26,081 nucleotides of DNA, taken from the IMG/VR virus record IMGVR_UViG_3300017766_000718, positions 1-26,081 of that record; one strand, 5' to 3'. A program made the position numbers and the translations under genes. Shown here one piece after another: positions 24,761 to 26,081 of the stretch; position 1 is the stretch's first letter, and each line of letters opens with the position of its first letter. This DNA is from a virus. Lineage: Duplodnaviria; Caudoviricetes. The notes beneath the pieces are model-generated. The model did no database searches, had not been told where the DNA came from, and was given only the letters and a program-made list of their open reading frames with translations.

Positions 24761-25978
24761 GTGTTGAAGCCAGACGGAAGTACGTCGTGGCCGAAGGGGG
24801 CCAACAACGTAGCACCCCGCGACCGGCTGCCGGACGGATTCTTCCGCGTGGCAACGAACGTAGACCCAATGCCTGCGGGCACGCTTAGCCTGCGGGCTGG
24901 GTACGAGAAGGTCTACAATGGCACCGACGTACGAGGCGTGCTCGCCCTTGGCGACAAAGTCCTGATAGCGGACGGTACGAGCCTCGTCGAGTACAACGCC
25001 GTTACCAACTCCAGTCGTGTCGTTCGCACGATCGCTGGCGCTGGGCGGTTCGTCGGCGAGGTGATGGACGAAGTCCTCTACTTCTGCACCGAGAACGAAT
25101 GCTTGGAGTACGACGGCACGACCGTCCGCCCGTGGGGCGTGCCAGACGGCAGCAACAGTTTCGGCGTAACAGCCGGCACAGGTGGCGGGCTACAGGCTGG
25201 CCACTACCAAATGGCCGTAACATACACCGACGCGTGGGGACGTGAGGGTGGCGCTGCTAAGCCCAAGATCATCACCGTCGCCCAAGGCGGATCGCTGGCC
25301 ATACAGTTGCCCGCGCCGCCCGCCGGGTGCAGCACTAACCTGTACGTCGGCACGGCGTATGGCGCCACGATGTATCTGCAGAACAACTACGGCACGGCTG
25401 CCGCCGTCACCCTGACGCTCGTGTCGGACAATACGGCGCGCTGCACCACTGAGCTGCTGCGTCGCCCGACCCCGTGTGACTACATGGTCCAGTTCAACGG
25501 CGTTATGGTCACGGCCAATGGGCCGTACGTACAGATGACGCGCCCGATGCAGCCCCACCTCGTGGACACCGTTCGCGGAATGCTGCAGTACGGCGCGCCG
25601 GTTAACGGGCTGCTCGCTACTGATTACCTGTACGTCTGCGCAGACCAGTGCTACGTGCTTACAGGCGTAGAAACGGATGGTATAAGGCAGCAGGTAGTGT
25701 TAAGTTATCCGGCAATAACGGGTACCGCTATCATGCTGCCGGACGGCAGGGGGGCGTGGATGACGCACAAAGGCCAAGTGTTCACCGCGAGCGACAGAGA
25801 CGGGTACGTGGCTGAAGTCACGAAGGACTCGTTTGTCCCGCCACCAGCATCAGCCGGCAGCGTCGGCGTGATTGACCACAACGGCAACCAGCTGGTTGTC
25901 ACTTCGCTAAAAAACAAGGCGGGTGGCAATCCCCTCGCTGCATCTGACTTTTACATCGGGGAGATAATTAACCCATGA
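24761..25978 (+). CDS. Putative tail nozzle / tail tubular protein B-like beta-propeller
   Basis: 405 aa, beta-rich. N-terminal W.KG.NN....LP......A.NVD....G.L..R.GY motif typical of podovirus nozzle/stabilisation proteins. Confidence 0.6.
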   Translation: MLKPDGSTSWPKGANNVAPRDRLPDGFFRVATNVDPMPAGTLSLRAGYEKVYNGTDVRGVLALGDKVLIADGTSLVEYNAVTNSSRVVRTIAGAGRFVGEVMDEVLYFCTENECLEYDGTTVRPWGVPDGSNSFGVTAGTGGGLQAGHYQMAVTYTDAWGREGGAAKPKIITVAQGGSLAIQLPAPPAGCSTNLYVGTAYGATMYLQNNYGTAAAVTLTLVSDNTARCTTELLRRPTPCDYMVQFNGVMVTANGPYVQMTRPMQPHLVDTVRGMLQYGAPVNGLLATDYLYVCADQCYVLTGVETDGIRQQVVLSYPAITGTAIMLPDGRGAWMTHKGQVFTASDRDGYVAEVTKDSFVPPPASAGSVGVIDHNGNQLVVTSLKNKAGGNPLAASDFYIGEIINP

Positions 25979-26081
25979 GCATCTTAGGATACGGGTTCCG
26001 CTACTACGGCGAAATCATCGCACCGGACGGTGCCGTGGAGACATTCGAGGCCAGCAACTTGCTGCCCCAAGTGTCGATCAA
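25975..26081 (+). CDS. Virion structural protein (3' truncated)
   Basis: ATGA overlap with the upstream stop, RBS GGGGAG, open to the window end: MSILGYGFRYYGEIIAPDGAVETFEASNLLPQVSI... Confidence 0.6.
   Translation, partial: MSILGYGFRYYGEIIAPDGAVETFEASNLLPQVSI

Noticed and set aside
1-26081. tRNA, rRNA, integrase, transposase, intron or intein
   Set aside because: None recognised. Intergenic gaps are all under 75 bp, and terL and capsid lengths leave no room for insertions.

Overview
The whole window is the virion-morphogenesis and lysis region of a GC-rich tailed dsDNA phage (or prophage), most likely a podovirus of a Gram-negative, probably proteobacterial, host. All real genes are on the + strand and tightly packed. 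The order is: five fibre/adhesin-type genes (20-aa-repeat shaft, collagen/HNL protein, T4-gp34-like repeat fibre, knob + LamG fibre, four-domain protein), small and large terminase, portal, small overlapping head gene, scaffold, N4-gp56-type major capsid protein, intrinsic terminator, two small genes, head-tail adaptor, a 483-aa probable ejection protein, a 2499-aa internal virion protein (HExxH metallopeptidase motif, PLxRFG-type domain), a lysis cassette (membrane protein, holin, GH108 endolysin), a probable tail nozzle and a truncated virion gene. Three observations stand out: a cluster of beta-clamp-binding-like motifs (QxxLF) in the giant internal protein; an unannotated 21-aa cationic Cys/Trp micro-ORF coupled by ATGA overlaps at both ends, at the head of a lysis cassette with no spanin; and a modular adsorption block placed upstream of the terminase. 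Family assignments come from motif recognition by eye; no database search was run.
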